Shown here: piece by piece, positions 60,901-64,000 of the stretch
Layout: every line of letters starts with the position of its first letter
Position numbering within the stretch: the first letter of the stretch is position 1
Source of the DNA: Ostrea edulis
Lineage: Eukaryota
DNA length: 64,000 nucleotides
NCBI RefSeq assembly: GCF_947568905.1
Contig: NC_079172.1
Span: 64,480,001 to 64,544,000, forward strand
Direction: 5' to 3'
The notes under the pieces: generated by a model
Database searches by the model: none
Seen by the model: only the letters and a program-made list of their open reading frames with translations
What the model was told of the DNA's origin: nothing
Program-made: the position numbers and the translations under genes

Positions 60901-62158
60901 AAACCTTTATGCATTTTGTTTTGTGAAATGATTTATCATTCTTTTCTCTATAAGTAAAAGAAACTTACTCTATAGGATTATTTCTACACCATACGATGGG
61001 TATAATTATGTACTATGTCATTTTGAATCATATTTACAATAAAATATCGCCTACAATTTATTGACTTATGAATATCAATATTTTATGGATTACATGTCCA
61101 TGAATCTGAAATTTCGACTTTAATCTATTCTTATTTTCATGTTTATGGAGCCAGATGCAAGATATCAAAATATATATATTTAAATAGATACACACAAACC
61201 TGAAGGTAATCAATAGGACATTTATGGTTAAAACGCATGTAACTGGTCTTCAATGCAGGCATGTGCATATGTTCGTGAATGATATTTGAAACCTTTATGC
61301 ATTTTGTTTTGTGAAATGATTTATCATTCTTTTCTCTATAAGTAAAAGAAACTTACTCTATAGGATTAATTCTACACCATACGATGGGTATAATTATGTA
61401 CTATGTCATTTTGAATCATATTTACAATAAAATATCGCCTACAATTTATTGACTTATGAATATCAATATTTTATGGATTACATGTCCATGAATCTGAAAT
61501 TTCGACTTTATTCTTATTTTTATGTTTATGGAGCCAGATGCAAGATATCAAAATATATATGTAAATAGATACACACAAACCTGAAGGTAATCAATAGGAC
61601 ATTTATGGTTAAAACGCATGTAACTGGTCTTCAATGCAGGCATGTGCATATGTTCGTGAATGATATTTGAAACCTTTATGCATTTTGTTTTGTGAAATGA
61701 TTTATCATTCTTTTCTCTATAAGTAAAAGAAACTTACTCTATAGGATTAATTCTACACCATACGATGGGTATAATTATGTACTATGTCATTTTGAATCAT
61801 ATTTACAATAAAATATCGCCTACAATTTATTGACTTATGAATATCAATATTTTATGGATTACATGTCCATGAATCTGAAATTTCGACTTTAATCTATTCT
61901 TATTTTTATGTTTATGGAGCCAGATGCAAGATATCAAAATATATATGTAAATAGATACACACAAACCTGAAGGTAATCAATAGGACATTTATGGTTAAAA
62001 CGCATGTAACTGGTCTTCAATGCAGGCATGTGCATATGTTCGTGAATGATATTTGAAACCTTTATGCATTTTGTTTTGTGAAATGATTTATCATTCTTTT
62101 CTCTATAAGTAAAAGAAACTTACTCTATAGGATTAATTCTACACCATACGATGGGTAT
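57920..62158. repeat. Satellite array, 11 copies of a ~386-bp AT-rich monomer
   Basis: Monomer starts at 57921, 58307, 58690, 59076, 59462, 59848, 60231, 60617, 61003, 61391 and 61772. Copies are nearly identical. Confidence 0.97.
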
Positions 62159-62572
62159 ATAACTATCCTTCTTTTAAAATGACATCACGATAATCAATTT
62201 TAAGTGTATTTTATCGATCGATATTTTTTTTCTGATATGAAGAGGTGAAATATCGTGCAAGAAATTTATGAGTACTGAATATGAAATTTTTTTTGATTTT
62301 TTTCTTCTTATCCCAATGTCAGCTCCATTTATACATGTACTTTGCGCGCGCATATGCTGTAGTTTTGGAAAGGAAATCTACATTATAAATGTAGATATGA
62401 AAGGAAGATAATATACACTGTAGTGTATTCAACTTTAAACACTATTTTTATCTACTCATATATCACAGAATCACAGCACAAATGTTCAGAGTGGATAACC
62501 CCTAAAATGACAACTCAAACATTCTTGATTGAAGAGTAACTGAGACGTACATATTATCAATATTTAAATATG

Positions 62573-62573
<1 letters not shown>

Positions 62574-62645
<72 letters not shown>
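62574..62645. repeat. (CT)n-(CA)n compound microsatellite
   Basis: Read directly from the sequence. Confidence 0.95.
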
Positions 62646-62646
<1 letters not shown>

Positions 62647-63169
62647 ATCAATTCCATATTCACATGCATACATGTATGTACATATACAGTGTAATGTACT
62701 TAAGGTATTTTCAAATTTCCATGTGCCACACATTCTCCAACCAGTAATTTTTATAGTTTACATAAATGGTCAGTCAAACACATTCTATTCTGACCCCCCC
62801 CCCTCCTCGGATTAAAAACAGCTGATCAGCACGGTGTGAGTGTGTCACAGTCGATATACTGGGATGGCAACGTATATACTGCAGAGATACAAATAGTTTG
62901 CTATTTTATTTTGTGGATTTTATAAGAATTTTATTTTATTTTCCAGATTACGTTTTACTAAAACTGCACACCCCCCCCCCCCAATAAATAAAGTAAATTC
63001 TAATTCACTAATGTTAAATTGATATACCAATGTACATTATATATGTTATAGTATACATTGTATCATATCATATTGAAATACAAAATATTCTTTATTTTAC
63101 TATCAATATTTAGTATTGTTAATATTCTCCATATAGTAATATACTATACACGATATACTTAAATCCATA

Positions 63170-64000
63170 AGTGCTGTCTGTCGTACAGTTGTAGGCAGCA
63201 ATAGTATTTTCTGCCCTGGGTGCACAAGAAATGAGTGGGCTCGTGTGCCTGTCTGTGGACCCTGACTTCAGATGTTCAAGATGCAGAGGAACTGCTCGCC
63301 CTCTTGACGGCAGGCCGCAGAGTGATATCCAAGTTGGTATGGACAAGTTGGAGGTTGTAGGATCCTTCTGCTACCTCGGAGACATGCTTTCCGCAGCTGG
63401 TGGCTGTGACCTTGCAGCCACTACGCGTGTGAAGACTGCCTGGAAAAAGTTCATGGAGCTGCTACTAGTCCTGACATCACTTCACCTGTCGTATAAGACC
63501 CATGGTCGAGTGTATAACACCTATGTACGGAGCGCTATGCTCCATGCCAGTGAGACCTGGGCACTGACCAAGCCAAATCTTCATCGCCTACTACGCAATG
63601 ACAGGGCCATAAGACAGATCTGTAACACCAAGCCTGAAGATATGGCCACTGTAGGTTCAACAATTGCTGGGGCGGCTTGGCATCGACGACCTCGACCTCA
63701 TCTTAAGGGAAAGGAGACTCCGCTGGTATGGCCACGTTGTCAGATCCAGCAGTGCAGTCAAGTGCGCTCTAAATATACAAGTTCCTGGGAGACGTAGAGT
63801 TGGTCGGCCAATGCTATCTTGGAGAGAGCTGACGGAGAAAGATAGTAGAGAATGGAAGCTCTCTACTGCCGACCCTCAAGACCGGAAAGAATGGAGATCT
63901 GAGGTGAGATCTGCCATGCGTGCAGCCAGCCAGATACCTGGAAGGGGGCCCACTAGTGTGGACACTACCCGTGATACTGCACGGAAATAAAAAGGAACCG
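63170..64000 (+). mobile_element. RTE-clade LINE fragment, frameshifted, running to the window end
   Basis: SFCYLGDMLSAAGGC..AWKKF..SAMLHASETW..RLRWYGHVVR..GRPMLSW. The 3' 460 bp are near-identical to 39525-39999. Confidence 0.92.

Noticed and set aside
57920-62158. Regular repeats (this one and the 26-40-bp arrays) as CRISPR arrays
   Set aside because: Units are contiguous with no unique spacers, there are no cas genes, and the context is eukaryotic.

Overview
Eukaryotic, AT-rich, repeat-dense genomic DNA. The repeat families suggest a bivalve mollusc, most likely an oyster (inference). Two genes are well supported and lie head-to-head. B3GALNT2 (minus, 22940-24373) has an uninterrupted 477-aa CDS. 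DCLRE1A/SNM1A (plus, 28532-52703) has 11 coding exons that I joined by hand with consistent GT-AG phases into a 1117-aa protein (UBZ, PBZ, PIP box, MBL/beta-CASP nuclease). Their first-exon donors are only about 300 bp apart. The rest is decayed Penelope-like RT fragments (concentrated in 0-19 kb), RTE and CR1/L2 LINE remnants, a SINE, non-autonomous DNA transposons (Kolobok-like, Harbinger-like, CMC-like, Helentron/HINE-like and unclassified), many minisatellites and an 11-copy ~386-bp satellite. The most unusual signal is repeated duplication of DCLRE1A splice sites: 8 decoy donors after exon 7, 5 decoy acceptors before exon 10, one duplicated acceptor before exon 7, and a transposon target duplication that copies the exon-3 donor. 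In every case where I could read the decoy through, its use gives an in-frame premature stop. No prokaryotic features or CRISPR arrays are present. Exon numbers refer to coding exons, and TE boundaries are approximate unless a TSD is quoted.
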